Shown here: in pieces, positions 49,621-62,764 of the stretch | How positions within the stretch are numbered: position 1 is the stretch's first letter | Layout of the letters: each line of letters opens with the position of its first letter | Assembly (NCBI GenBank): GCA_013265495.1 | Contig: MU057560.1 | Location: 2,790,909 to 2,854,908, forward strand | Length of the DNA: 64,000 bases | Reading direction: 5' to 3' | Source: Vicugna vicugna | Taxonomy: Eukaryota | Made by a program: the position numbers and the translations under genes | The notes under the pieces: model-generated | What the model saw: only the letters and a program-made list of their open reading frames with translations | Databases searched by the model: none | Told to the model about the DNA's origin: nothing

Positions 49621-52619
49621 TGATGGCTAAACATTATCCTGGTCTAGCTGTGGATGGAGACCCGCGGCACAGTTCTATTAACCAGTGGCTCCTGTTACTA
49701 TATGCATTTTAAAGTCAGAACTACATTCCCTTTAAAACCGTTCAGACATTCAAATTGGCTTTCCCCCAATTAGCCAGGATTTGTGAGGTTTTACTGCATA
49801 TTAACATTTTTATTTGCGCGGCATAAATCAGAACGCCACCAGAGGATCAGGGTTTATCTGTGCGTTGCATTCTGAAGCACCGCTCTGCTCTTTTTTCACG
49901 CTTTAGCCGCGTCTCCTTTTCCCACTGGCGTTGTGACTGCTCCACTGCTGGTGTTAATCGTCCCTCCATTTGTATCGGGGTCATTTCATACTTTCTAAAG
50001 CTTCTTTTATCATTTCTGCCTCATTCTGATCTTCAAAATAATTCATTAGGAATGCAGGTTAAGTATAATTGTAGACATTTACCGCATGGATATTCAAATA
50101 GGTGTCAAATGACTTTTCCTGGGACACCCAAAACACAGCCGTGAGGGAGGACCCGAGACACCCCGGGCTCAGTCCACTCACGTCATCTTTGTCTTTTTCT
50201 TAAAATCAACATTTGCATCATTGATTTCTTACTTACTTGCAAGCTGATAAATTGTCATAACTGCCGTTTGACACCTTGACGTCTTAGATTTGTGAGTGGT
50301 GCTTCAGATTTGACCCACACGAGCAGACGTGAATGCACGTGTGGTGCCAACACAGTCTCAGTTCTTTATCTTGCTCCCCAGGGTAAACTGAATTGAATCT
50401 ACATCAAATCCCAGAAAGAGACTGCAAGAAAAGTACAGTCCTTCCATATCCAGCCAGACTTCTCTCAGAACCGCCTCAGTGTCCTCTCATCACTTCAGGC
50501 GCTTAATTCCCAACCAGGCTGTGAGCTCCCTGGGGGGCAGGACTGGACTTGGATTCTGAGCCCTGGTACCTGTCCCTCCGCACACAGGGGTGGGAGGCGA
50601 AACCAGAAAAGGTTGGACAGAGAAATGGGTGGGGTGGTGGGTGGGTGGATGGATGGGTGGACAAACTGATGAGAAAAGGACAGATGGATCCCTGTGAAGG
50701 GAACTGTGAGCTTTCTTTCTGGGACTAGTAAAGAAGGATGGACTTACTATTAAGGCCGGTACCTCTCACTCAAATTAGCGTTTCCTGCTTCTCTTGAAAG
50801 ACACAGAGACGGACCAGCAGGGCGTGTAAGAGGGGCTTTAAATCTGAAGGGAGGCCTTCTCCTCCGAACCACAAGGCGGGTGGTGATAGTCGGCGACTGC
50901 GGCTCTCTCATTCTCTCTGTCTCTGTCTTCCTTTCTGTCTCTCACACACATCAGAAAAGGGAGAAAGAACACAGGTGCTTGTCTCCAAAACGAAAAACAG
51001 GCTCAGTGTTTGCCCATAAGAGGCCAGCCGTAATCTCTGAGATGTGGTGTGTTCGGCCCGTGTGGCAGCATTTCAGGAATATCTTCTTCCCACAAGGAAA
51101 TGAAACGAGGAGGGAAGACAAAAGCCAAGAGCTTCCAGACAAGCATCAGAGTCAGGCCCCTTCCTACAGGGCACCCTGTCGGCGCTGACATCGGCTGGAG
51201 CTTCTGCCTGGTGAGCGCCCAGCCCTTGAGCCCTGGGGGCTCCCGAGAGCATCCTCAGAAAGCGCTGGGCTCCCCCCTGCTCACCCAAGCTGACCGAGTC
51301 ACAGAGCCCTAGGGGTCTCATCCGCCCTGTGTCCAGGGATCTGGCCTTTTTTTCTTAAGGCTATATATTTATTGAATTTTTTTATTTGTTTTTTGTTTTG
51401 GGTTTTGTTTTCTTACAAGCCACCCTTTGTTTGGGAGGCAAAATACTTGGAGCTCTGACTTTATAGGCAACTTTATTAACACATCCTTTTAGTGGATTTG
51501 TAGACCGGAGAACTGATTGGAAATCACCACCTGAAACTTGTCTGAGAATTAGAAACATCCTCTGGCTGAGCCCGTTTTCTTGATAAATGCAGTTCTTTTC
51601 CAGTTTCCCACTGGCGTCTCATTTCCGCCTTCCCCTCTTACTGTCTGCTCGAGATGACGACTTTCTTCCACGAAACCAGCGGGGGTTGCGTCTGGGAGGA
51701 GAGGTCCCAGCAGCCAGACGTGACGGAGCCGCCCGTTGCTGCCGTGTCCTGTGTCAGGACAGGTGGAGGTGGAAGAGGGGCTCTCCGGCTTCTGAGTCAG
51801 CTGGGTCCCCTCAGGAGTGTCTGCACTTGATCAGCAACTTGTCAAACATGGACGTGATCGTGCTCTGAGTTACTGTTTGGCCGAGTGTTGTGTCCGTTGG
51901 CATTCCTGCTTTAACCCAAAATGTGTGTTCCTTTTAACCAAATACGTTTGAAGATGAGAATATAATTTTCATCTTCAGGTTATTTTTATGATTTTGTAGT
52001 GTTTTAGATGACAGGAAATACTGTTACCTTTCAGCCATTTACTTTAAGGTAAACTGTCCTGGAATATGTTTATTTATAGAGCAAGGAATGCATTAAATTT
52101 ATGTTTGTTGAAAACACAGTGCTCACACTTCAGGATTTTGTCACTATGGAAACCTCCAGGAAAGGCTGTTTCTTTCTTTCAGTGAACACCCCCCTGGAAG
52201 CACAGGAGTGGACTGTGTGGAGATAGGGTGTCCGGAGGCTGGTGGCGGGTCGCCGCCCTGCTGTGCTGACCCGCTCTGTGACTTGGGCCCGGTGCCGGCT
52301 TCGGTCTGCTCATCTCTGCAGGGCGTATGTTTTCACAGATGAGTGCTCAGGTGTTTTAGCTGGGGGACTCCCCTTTCTAACAGGGGAAGCTCTTGCTCTG
52401 CAGGCAGGAGTGGGGTCCTCACGGGACCCACACTCACCACCCCTTCTCCGTGTGGTGGCTCCTGAAATCTCCCCTCCAAGCCACTGGGGCGTCAGAGATC
52501 ACGGTGCGAGGTTCGCTGGGCCAGGTGACTCTGAGACCCGTTCAGGTTTCAGCGTCCTCTGATGCTCGTCTCTGGACACAAAGTTAAGCCTCTAAGAAGC
52601 TGCTGGCTGTCGTCTTCCC

Positions 52620-53700
52620 AACCCTTGGCTTTGCCAGGCTTTCGAAAACCCGCCGTCGGGTGGTGGAAGAATTGTGTCTCATCTCTGCGTATCTTTAATA
52701 AATAGCTAACAGCCTTGCGTGTGTTCACGACGAACGCATTTCCTCTTTGGCAAGACGCTTGTTAACGTTGGCTGGCAGTCTCTCAGTGCGCTCAGTGTGC
52801 TGCTCTTAGTTTTAGTTCTGTATGCTCTTTATGCAAATCAAGGACACAGCATCTTCCCTGAGGTTGTGATCTGACTTCCCACTTCCGTCAAGGTGTCTTC
52901 TGATAACAAGGTCTTAATTTCATATTGTCGCATTCATCCATCTCTTCTTTTGTTGTCGATGCTTTTGACGTCTTGCTTAACTTCTTTCTTACTCAAGATC
53001 TAAGGATATAGTCGTTTGTATTTCTCAGGAAGAGTTTTAAGGTTTTGTTTTTAATATTTCACTCTTCAGTCCACCTTGAATTTGCTTTGTCTAAGACGTA
53101 AAGCTCCAAATTCAGCCCCTGGATAATCATTTTCTTGGTTGGTTCTATTCATTGGTGCGTGTTCCTCCTTCCTCCTCTGGCAAGACGTCTCTGTTCCAAC
53201 GTCCCACCACATGACGTGCACCGGCCTGTTTGCAGCTCTGTCCTGTTTCGTGGGGTGATTTGCCAAACCCCCATCCACGCCGCACAGGCTGAGGCGCCAC
53301 AGCTCAGGGCTCGTCCTGAGGGGGGCTAGCAGTCTTCCCCTCCCTGCTTCTCTTCTACACGAGGGTCTCGGATATCCTTGACCCATTACTGTCCTGTATA
53401 AAAGCTTCGAGTTTCTTACAAACCCCACTTGGCGTGTTGGTGGGAACTGCGCGACCCCTCGCTCCGAGGGGTCCTGACATCGTCGCGGTCGCAGCGCGGC
53501 TCGTCTCTCCATCAGTGCAGAGCTCTGTGACTGTCTCTTAATGAAGCGTTACTGTGTTCCCTGGGGACGCGTGGCGCAGCTCTCGTGACATTTGTCGGCC
53601 ACTTTACGTTCTCTCACGCGGATATAAACACGCGTCTGAACCAGACTCCCGAGAGCAGCTCGGTGCACACGCGGCGCCTCGCTGAGCTCTGCATGTGCGT
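52620..53700 (-). mobile_element. Old LINE-1 fragment
   Basis: tgtgtctcatc..gtgtcttctgataacaaggtcttaatttcatattgtc..tgcttttgacgtcttgcttaac..ttcagtccaccttgaatttgctttgt is typical antisense L1 ORF2. Confidence 0.65.
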
Positions 53701-53984
53701 CTGCCGCTTCTCCTGAGGCCGGTGGCGCTGGGGGCGAGACCAGGTCTCCAGTGGCTCCTTCTCTGCTTCCTCCTCCCTCGGCTGGGAGGGCTGCCCCCGA
53801 CCCTAGGCCAGACCACCCACACCGGCCATTTCTGGATCCCCCCTCCCCAGCTGACTGCATTTCTTGCTGACGTCCCTGTGTCCTCCTGGACTTGGTCCTG
53901 CTGTAGACACAGTGGTCTTTCTAGTTCAGCATTTTGGTAAAAATGGGAACTAAGCATTGTTTACATTCACAGTAAAGGTAGAGA

Positions 53985-54110
53985 CTGTTTACGGACAACT
54001 GTTTTGACAATGAGGAAGCTGAGATTCAGAGAGGTGGTGTCCTGCGGCTGCGGGCACACAGCAGGTGAACGGCAGAGCCCCCTTCGGGGTCTGCCCTGTG
54101 GGGTGAGGTT
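53985..54110 (-). mobile_element. MIR fragment
   Basis: tgttttgacaatgaggaagctgagattcagagagg..cacacagcaggtgaacggcagagcc. Confidence 0.7.
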
Positions 54111-57100
54111 CCAGCAGCCCCTGCCTCGGGGGCCGAGGCTGGCCTGAGTTGCTTTATAAATTACCTAGAACGTGCCTGGGACTTCGTGTGTGGCCTTCTG
54201 TCATCATCAACATCTCTATTACTCTGCACCAACTTTGACCACAAGTACCAGCTTAACAAGAGAAACAGGATGTCGATCGAGCCCTGGTACGAGGTGTAAT
54301 TCTGGTGTTGGGGGAAAGTTTAAAAGTGTTTTGGGATTTAAAAACTATAGGTTACATTTGGGGGAACTGAAAGAAGGTCTTTGAGGGAAAGTGGCTTTGA
54401 GCTGGGCTTCCTTAAGTGAGCAGAACTTAAACTGGTGACTTTAATGGAAAGGGGATGAATTTACAGAAGAGATTGGTTTGAAAAAAACACGAGGCAAGGA
54501 AGCAGAGGAAGCACTTGTTTTGCAAAGGAATAGCGTGTTCCCTTGAAACACAAGAACCTGCGCTCTCTTGCAGGTCTTTGAGCCTAAAACCTTCCCGCTG
54601 TTGTAACGTCCAGCTGGGGCTCTAGATTTGTATGTGTGCAGGTGTGCAAAAGAGTCAGTTTGATAAACCTTGGCAAATTCTTAAGGTCTGAAAGAAGCGG
54701 CATTTTTATAAGTTCATTAAAAACCAGTGCCGACTGTGCAATTAGGTAAATGAATACAGCCTCTCGCTGGAATGGAGTGGAGCAGGGAGCTTGCCTCGCG
54801 GATGTCAGCTCACTGAGAGGAAACAAGACGTTGCGCTCTGGTGAGCCCTCCCCTAAGGGCTAGTGCAGGACCCGTGCACGATTACGGGGCTCAGAAAATT
54901 CAAGCTGGGGGACGGTGACTGGAACCCAGGCCAGCCTGGAGGGACACCCAGCATGAATAGCTTTTCAGTGCCAGGCAGGTTGAGGCAGGTGACCAACCAA
55001 ACGGCAGTTCTCTAGGAGGGACGGACTCCCTGAAAGGGTTACCGCAGACAGGGGGCGGGGGCTGTGGAGGTTTGCCCTGAATGTCTCTCTGACTCGGCAC
55101 ACGTGTAGCTCTGAGTTTTGAGGATCATACGCATTTCTTGTTCATCATGTATTTGAATGTCGTAGCTGTTACGGCAATTTGATGAGTTTTGAGAAGTCTG
55201 TTTCTTTACTAATTTTGATTTTATGACTGCCCACCGCCAAATATTTTCATCTAGAATCCTCTGATGTTTTTATAGTGAAAGACAATGGGGGAAATTCTCC
55301 AACTGAAAACATTTACTTTTCAACAAGCTTCTCTGAAATGTGTCTATTTTACTACGAAAGAAATAGCTGTATCTCCATCTACCTGAGCTCTATCAGGTGT
55401 CTGGTGTGTTCTGTAACATGGCCAGTGATTTTCCTTAAAAAGGTTCATGGTTATTGAGAGCTGAGGTTACGTTTGATTTCAGGATTTTAAGAGGTTATTC
55501 TGGTGGAACAGAGATGGCGATCCACAGTCCAGCACGCGCTTCTGCTAGAACACGTCCCGCCCTCCCGCAGCCGCGACAGCAGCGCTCTCTCCCCGCTGCT
55601 TTTTTATAATAATATACTTATTATCAAAATGCATAAAAGGATGTCATGCGCTTTAACTAAAAAAGTTAAAGCTGAGTTTCCACGCAGCTGGTCCCACCTA
55701 AGAAATTGGCACCAACAGTGGCCATGGTTATGCAGTAGATACATACATGGAAGGTTTTTCTGAAAATGAAATAAAACTCAGCTGGAGGTGATGTGAGGAG
55801 TCATTATCACAGTAATAAATACATATATGAGATCTACGTCCTGAAACATTAGCTAAGTATAAACCAGGAAGCTGAGTAACGCCAGACAGTTCGCCCGCCA
55901 CCAAGAAGGGAACACGCCCCCCGTGGCGACACTCTTAAGGGTGAGGTGACCAGGAGGGTCTGGTGAAGGAATGAAGGATGGGACTTGGGAGCCGACCGAG
56001 CACCCCCCACCCCCGCCTCTCGTCCCCTTTGCAGCTGAGGGTTCCTTGCCATCACCCACAGGGATTTAAAGGTCGGCCCCCACCCGGCACACCCCCAGCT
56101 CTGCCTGAGTAACAGGGCCATTCAGCAGCGGCATCGGAGCCCGGATCTTACACAGGCGGCCCCAGAGAGCCCTGGGAGAGGCCCCCACTCGGCTCCTCAA
56201 ACAGGCCTCAGGTTTCCTCATAAACTGGGAAACACATCGGGCCTCAATTCATGGTGGGGAGATGGTGGTCTGGAGAGTTCAGCTCAGTGAGCTGCCGGAG
56301 AAAAAGGCCCTTGTCTCCTGGTCTCTATGCTAAAATCAGAATGCTTGCTTTTCCTCACACACCCGAATTCAAATTTCTGGGGAAAAAATTCATTTCTGAT
56401 ACGTTATTCTGCAAGCCTGTGCCATCCCTGTCCCAAATTCCCATTCGGAATTCATGCTCCCCAGATCAGTGCCCCCGAGGTGCTCACTGTGCCGGGGACG
56501 TGTCCTCTGCTGTCACTGACTTCATCAGACCCCCAGGGGACCAAGGCGCCGGGCTCCGGGGACACCCTCACCTGCGCGGGGTCCTCAGCACTGGCAGAAG
56601 GCAGCCTTCTCTGTCTGACTCCAAGCACAAGCCTCAGACTCCTTCCAGTCCCAGCCTTTCGCCACACTTTGCTTCTCCCTGACGGGCTCCCAGAAATGCA
56701 GAGTGGGAGCAATCGTCACCTCCCACAGGATGCGCGTCTCCATCCAGGCTGTGGTGTGGGGGGTCCCCAGGAGGCGACCAGGCGCAAGGACAGCACGCCT
56801 GGAAGTTAAATACCGGCGAGCATCAAGACTGACGTCATCTGTACTTTCTCTGAAGCCAGCACTGAACAGAGTCGGGGACACTCGGGTGTCACTTCTAAAC
56901 GCCTGCTGAAGCCCTGCAGACGGGGGGTGTCTGGGGGACGTTCTCCGAAGAATCTTCAAGGGATAGAAGACAGCGGAGTAAAACCTCCCAGCCTCTGCGG
57001 GAGAATTATTCCCAGCTAGATGCTTTGCTCAGACAAGTATTATGGAAATAGGAAAAAAAAAATCTCCCAAAACCTTTCTTCAGGATGCAGAGGCAGGGAG

Positions 57101-58099
57101 TGGCTTGGAGCTTCGTCTCGGGAGTCAGAAAAGCAGTTACAATGTGTCAGGTCAGGACAGAGACGGTTTGGGCACCAAAGTCCAGGGAACCGCAGAAGAG
57201 CCCAGGAGACAGGGGCCCGAGGGGCTGCGAGGGAGGCCAGGCTCGCGCTGTGCCTCCCAGCTCTGCACCTCGCAGCTGCTTAAGTGTTGCCGAGCTGTTC
57301 TTGGTGGATTACTTTCCAAAGCTACAGATCCAAGCCCCAGCTTCCCCCTGAGGAAGCTCATGTTCGATCCTGTGAGAACAGCCCCGGGCGGGGCGGGAGG
57401 GGAAGGAGAGGAACCACACCCAAGGCAGATGCATGAGGGAAACCAGCGAAGCGACCGGAGAGGCGCAGGAAGAGGGCGCTAGAAGGGAGGACACTGTTGC
57501 CTCTGTCCTCTGAGCGCAGTTCTGTACAGAGAGGGTGATAGGTGTTCAGTTAAAAACGGCAAATTCAAGCACGTTAGCTTCTGCTCCCTCCCGAAACCCA
57601 CGGAAATGACAGGAGAGTAACACTTATTTAGAAAAAGAAAAAGGACGGAGAGGGGACGTGGGCAACACCACCTGAGAGCCGGAGGCAGAGGTGACCACGT
57701 GACACAGCGCAGCCCAGGGAGGTGGACGGACGGAGGGAACCGGACGCCGAGATTCATGCTCGGCACCCTCACGGTCCCAGGATGGGCAGGGTCAGGCCCC
57801 CGGGAGGGGAGGTGACCTGGACTGAAAACTGGAGAATTGGTTGAAAGGTTAAAAGCCACTTAGACCCCAGATCTCCCTTCTTTTCAGCCGAAAACTCCAG
57901 GTTTACTCTTGGGGGGGAAAGCAGAGAGTCTCTTGGGGGCGGACAGACCGGGCGGAGCAGGTACGGACAGCAGGGGTGAGGAAAAGCAGACCCAGGATCC
58001 TCCCCTACCCGCCTCCCGGGTGCCCCTCCAGGTGACAGAGCAGTGTTTTCCCCGTGATGGTTCATCAGCTGACTTACCCTGGAAACACTTCTCTCTGCG

Positions 58100-58275
58100 T
58101 ATCAGGCACAATGGCACCGCGCTTCCATAAACATCTTTATAAACTCACCCGCGTAACCACTTTACAAATGAGGAAACTGATGCAGAGAAAAGATTCAGTA
58201 ACTTGCCGGAACACCCAGGCAACGAGTGTAGAGGTTGGAATCCAAGCCCACCCTGTCTGGCTGCAGAGGCCACTT
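58100..58275 (-). mobile_element. MIR
   Basis: ccactttacaaatgaggaaactgatgcagagaaag..agtaacttgcc..cacccag..gagtgtagaggttggaatccaagccca. Confidence 0.78.
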
Positions 58276-58399
58276 CTCACCCGCCACGCCCGGCCACCGC
58301 CCCGGGAGGAGCCCAGCCAGCGCCCAGCACAGCAGCCCGAGGGCTGGACGCGCCGCCGCGGGAGCGGGGCTTCCGAGGGACTTCCTGATGCCGCCCCCG

Positions 58400-59200
58400 G
58401 GAGTCTGAGCAACCGCCGAGCATCCCCAGAGGTCTGAGAAAGTCCTGTAGTGTGAAAGAGACCAACACAAGCAAACAAACAAAATGGAAAAGGGATAAAT
58501 TCGAATTGGAAGGAACAGGAGCTGTACCAGAAGGAAAAGGAACCTGCCACGAACGTCCCCAGGTGACGGGGCCGCTGCTGCGTTCACCAGACAAGAACAA
58601 GTGCTGTTTTAAGCAGAAGGGAGAGAAGAGGATTCAGATAACACGAGCGCACTTTGAACGGTAGAGGGTGGGTGTTGGGATTTAAACTTTAAAACGTGTC
58701 CCTAGGAGGGCGAGAAGGTACAGCAGAGCAAACTGGATCAGGACAAAAGGACGGGGAGGTGGAAACTGGACGAGAGAGGCCCAGAGGCCACGCGGGGAAC
58801 AGCAGGGGTCCCAGGAAGAGCCGGCGGAGGAAGAGACCCGGGGAAGGAGGAGAAGAGAGGGTTCCGGAAGCTCTGCGGGTTCCCAGCGCCACCCTGGAAA
58901 CAGACCCTGCTCCCGCCCGTGGGGGGACATCCAGACGCGCTGGGAGAGCCCTGTCTTTCCGGGCCTGCGCGTCTGGGGGTGAGGGCTCGATGAAGAATCC
59001 TCAGGAGGCAGGAGACAGTGGAGTGAAACCTTCCAACCTGTGAGGGGCAGTGACTCCCAGCTAGACTTTTTCACTCAGACGAGTATCATGGAAATAGTAA
59101 GAGCCCCCAAGAAGCTGTCTCTAGGAAGCCATGGACGATGCCTCCATCCAAGGAAGAGGAAGGCACGGTGCATCAGCAGGAGACGGAGGACCACACAGCT
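58400..59200 (+). mobile_element. Possible HAL1 / L1 ORF1-region remnant
   Basis: Purine-rich; gagacagtggagtgaaaccttccaacctgtgaggggcagtgactcccagctagactttt resembles the L1/HAL1 ORF1 C-terminal coding region. Confidence 0.4.
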
Positions 59201-60607
59201 AGGGCAGTGGACAAGGAGCCGGCTGACGCCTTCAGGGGACCTGGCGTGGCCCGGATGGGACGGGGGCACATGGACCGGCGCTCTGCGGAGACCTCGTCCA
59301 GAGCCCAGGCTGACACCCAGTGTGTCTGCTGCAGTAAGAGGAGACTTCTTGGTTGGGAGAGTTTGGGGCTAAATTCATGAGAAGCACACAGGCCAGCATA
59401 CAGGGGCCTCAGCCCAGCTGCCGGCTGCGGGGAGGAGGGCAAGACGGCGGTCCCCCCCGTCCACAGCACTGTCATAGTTACCACAAGGAAACGCTCATCT
59501 AACACGAAGTCCCACGTGCCTGCACTGGGGGCAGGGAGCGTGCGAGGCCGCAGGGCACGGTGTGCGCTGTCAGGGAGCATCGTGCAGTCCTCCCCGGTGC
59601 GGGGGTGACGGCGCGGTGTCCCCGCGGGAAGCGTGCACTAGGGGAGCCCGGGCTGTTTGTTGAGGTAAATGTCAGAAGACACGGCTAAAGAGGCTAAAAT
59701 CCTTTCCCTCCGGGGAACTAGAAACAGGATGGGGGCGGTATTTGGGGAACAGTTTTCCCGACAAGCCACATACCTGACCCTTCAACTGTGTGTCTGTGTA
59801 ACTTTGGTGAGAGCACATACTACGTTTCTTTAAGTCTAGTCTCTGCTTCCTGTTCGTCACCGAGAGGGCTGGTACCTGCAGCCACCAGCCCGCGAACGGT
59901 CTGGAGTCTGCAGTCGGAGGCTGGAGGCTCTCAGGTTCTGGAATCGGGGAGGTGCTTCCCGGAGCCCAGATGTGAACAGAAGGCGTTTTCCCGGCCCTCC
60001 CTGGATGGGAGCGTGGGCGAGCTCCCACCTCCCTCCTCCCCGCTCCCCTCTGCCGACAGCACATTTGGGGACTGACAAACGCTCACCCCTTGATGACAGC
60101 GTGTTCCCACAATAGCTGACGGATTCCCAGGGGTTTTCAAGGTCGCAGGGGGTCCGCATTAGCAAAGCCCTGAACACAGCCACAGCTGTTTCAATGTCTA
60201 TATTTAAAACTGGTCAAACAAAGATACTCTAGGTTGCCAACAGAAGTGTTCTGTGGGGCTTCAAATGGGCTCTGCTTTGCTGGAGGTTCGGGGATCCCTG
60301 GGGGTCCCCAGGGGTATTCAGAGCCGCCTGCCACCTTCTTCCCACAGCCACGGGACTGGAGGGGCCAGGCTGCCTGGCTGACGCTCCTTTAATGTGCAGC
60401 CATGTACTGTTTAAGCCATAGGTCCACAGTGAGCCGTTAGTAAAAACAAGAAGTGCAAGGAACACTGATAACAAAATGCAAATTAGCAAAGAGCAGCCTG
60501 GCCTCAACACGGTCTGGGCCAGCTCCACAGGCCACATGAGCAGGGCCAGAGTTCTCGTGTTGCCCTCACAGTCTGTCTGATATTCTTTTAAAAATGTTGA
60601 AAGGAGC

Positions 60608-60777
60608 GGGGAGGGTACGGCTCCAGTGGTAGAGCAGAGCGCATGCTTAGCAGGCACGAGGTCCTGGTTCCAACCCCAGTCCCTCCTCTAAAGAGAAATA
60701 AACCTCATTACCTCCCCCTACCCGACAAAATAAAATAATTAAATAATACAATAGCAAATAAATATTTTTTAAATAAT
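60608..60777 (+). mobile_element. Full-length tRNA-derived camelid-type SINE with target-site duplication
   Basis: GGGGAGGGTACGGCTCCAGTGGTAGAGC (A box), degenerate B box GGTTCCAACC, A-rich tail; TSD aaaatgttgaaagga (60591-60605) / aaaatgttaaaagga (60778-60792). Confidence 0.9.
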
Positions 60778-61149
60778 AAAATGTTAAAAGGAAAAACAAC
60801 ATGGAGGGAAAATTATACCAAAGTAGGTTTTTACCTCCGTCACACGTATAAGGAGACTAAAGACACCTGCTTGTAACATTACACACGAAGGACTTACGAG
60901 CGTCAGGCTGGCGTACTCTCTCGCACCTCATCATTTGGAAACACATTTTAAAAAGAGCAAAAGAAAGGAGGGAGGGGGAGGGACGAAGCAAAGACTCTTT
61001 GCACTTTGCACTTTGGCCCTAAATGCAGCCATTTCAAACAGAAGATCGTTTATCTTTATTTTTCATGACAAGATGTATTACTCAATTTCAGTCTTCCTCA
61101 ATATGTAATCAGTCTCAAAACCAAACATGAAAGAATCAATCATTCTTGA

Positions 61150-62406
61150 ACTGGGGACAAACAGTGCTTTTTATTCACTGCATAACTAATCTAAAAACTA
61201 AACAATATGCACTCTTGTTAAATGTGGAAAGTCAAAATCAGTCTTCTTACGTCATGCGTGTTAATAAAGTTTAAATGAGTCTTACAATGCAAGCTCTTAG
61301 AAGGCGCCAATCAAAAACTGAGTTTTCACTTAAAATCACTTCTTTACTATATACTGTGTTAAACTGAAGAAGTGGTGTGGGTTCCTGAGAACTCATCAGC
61401 CCCAAACTGAAGCCCGGCTCGGGCGCAACCCCCGGCGGCCCCGTCCTCACCGCCGCCTGCCAGCCCTGTGCCTGGCTCTGGCCGTGGGCGGGGAGGTGCT
61501 GGGCAGAGATGTGTCTGCTAGTTTGGCTCGCCGGTGCTTCGCTGTAACATCTAGGAGGTTCTGCTCGGCACGTGCCCTGTGTCTCCATGGCTCTGCTCTG
61601 GGGTGCGGAGCTCTGCAGCCCTGGTCCCCGCCCTAAAGACGCACAGCAAAGTCAGGGGGCCCGGGAGGAATTCTCCAGAACAGCTCCTGCGGTGAGTTCT
61701 GGGGGCAGTCGAGAGAAAGCCCCACCTCGAAGGGGCTGCAGCCCCAAAACTTTCTGGAAAATGTGCCTGTTTCTGGTGAGAACCGTCAGCCCAACAATAT
61801 TCCCCTAAAGACAGTGCCGTCCGCTCTGTGCTTCGGCTGTTTTCTTCCTTTCTTTCTTTTCAACTGCAACGGTTTTGAAAGGAAGAGCCTAACACGTTAT
61901 CAAGAATTTCGGGAAAGAGGCTTTTCAGAAACGCCATCCACCCGGCGAGTGCCCGGGGAGCCGCAGACCCCGGTTTCTTTCTCTCCCCGTGGGAGGTCCC
62001 CCTGTACTCACTGTCCACGCGGAGCAGAGGCCAGAGCCCCCCAGCACGGAGTGCTGCCGGAGGCGCCAGAAGGTTCTAGGCCTTCACACACTAATGGGAA
62101 GGAAGCCGGGGGCCTCTCAGGACAAGATACCAGGTGCGTTATAAAGAGGCCCCTGAGAATAACACAGCGACTGCTCCCAGGGCGGTGTTGTCCCCTCTGG
62201 GTGTCCTCCCGACAGTGAGGAGCCGGGCCCGGGGCACACGCTGTCCCCGCCCCTACGCCGGGAGCCCCTGTTGCAGAGCACGGGGTCCAAGCCCACACTC
62301 AGCGATGGCACCGATCTCCTGGGGATAGCAGGGGCAATGTCAGCGAGATGAGGTGGCTCTCGCCTCCGGACGTGGCCCGGCGTCTGTGAGCTTGTGCGAC
62401 CTGTGA
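61150..62406 (-). other. Candidate 3'UTR of a convergent minus-strand gene
   Basis: No recognisable repeats between the candidate stop and the AT-rich poly(A) region. Confidence 0.4.
61170..61175 (-). terminator. Poly(A) signal AATAAA of a candidate minus-strand gene (second AATAAA at 61055-61060)
   Basis: TTTATT on the plus strand inside an AT-rich block (60900-61370) that ends a GC-rich UTR-like stretch. Confidence 0.5.
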
Positions 62407-62510
62407 TCAAGCTGATGGTGGTTTCGGTTCGTGTCCCACTTGTAGGTTGTTAAGTTCCACAGCTCTGTTACGCCTGGAGGAGTCGGCACCGCCTGTTCCT
62501 CCTCGGTCAC
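62407..62510 (-). CDS. Candidate coding part of terminal exon, unidentified gene (phase 1: DRGGTGGADSSRRNRAVELNNLQVGHEPKPPSA*)
   Basis: Acceptor ctgctctgtattcccgttacgtttaag|GT at 62511/62510; open to TGA at 62409-62407. The phase-0 reading VTEEEQ..SSR* (to 62340) is also open. Confidence 0.4.
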
Positions 62511-62764
62511 CTTAAACGTAACGGGAATACAGAGCAGCAGCCCTGAAGGCACACTGGGGCCCCACTGACCACGTGCCTCAGACCGTCTGCAGCTCATCTC
62601 TCAAGCAGCAGCAGGACACCTGACCCGCCCCCTCCCCGGGAGTCGCGGAACTTGAACGTGCAGCATACAGAGCACATGCGGAACGTGGATATGCCGTTAT
62701 TTACTGTCCTCATTCCCAAGTGCTAGAAAGAAGGCTTATTTAAAATAACTTCACACAATCAGCT

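Noticed and set aside
4800..51800. About a dozen AP-1 (TGASTCA) heptamers
   Set aside because: They are dispersed and only modestly above the roughly 8 expected by chance in 64 kb, with no tight cluster.
55910..55930. CTCF-like CCACGGGGGGCG on the minus strand
   Set aside because: It is one base short of core spacing and lacks the conserved AG.
59773..59874. ~102-nt minus-strand exon candidate (VPALSVTNRKQR..LKGQ) with CAG|gtatgt donor
   Set aside because: The acceptor lacks a pyrimidine tract, it lies downstream of the candidate poly(A) signals, and the peptide is unrecognised.
60608..60690. Possible tRNA gene
   Set aside because: The B box is degenerate, no clean cloverleaf is apparent, and it has an A-rich tail and TSD, so it is a SINE.
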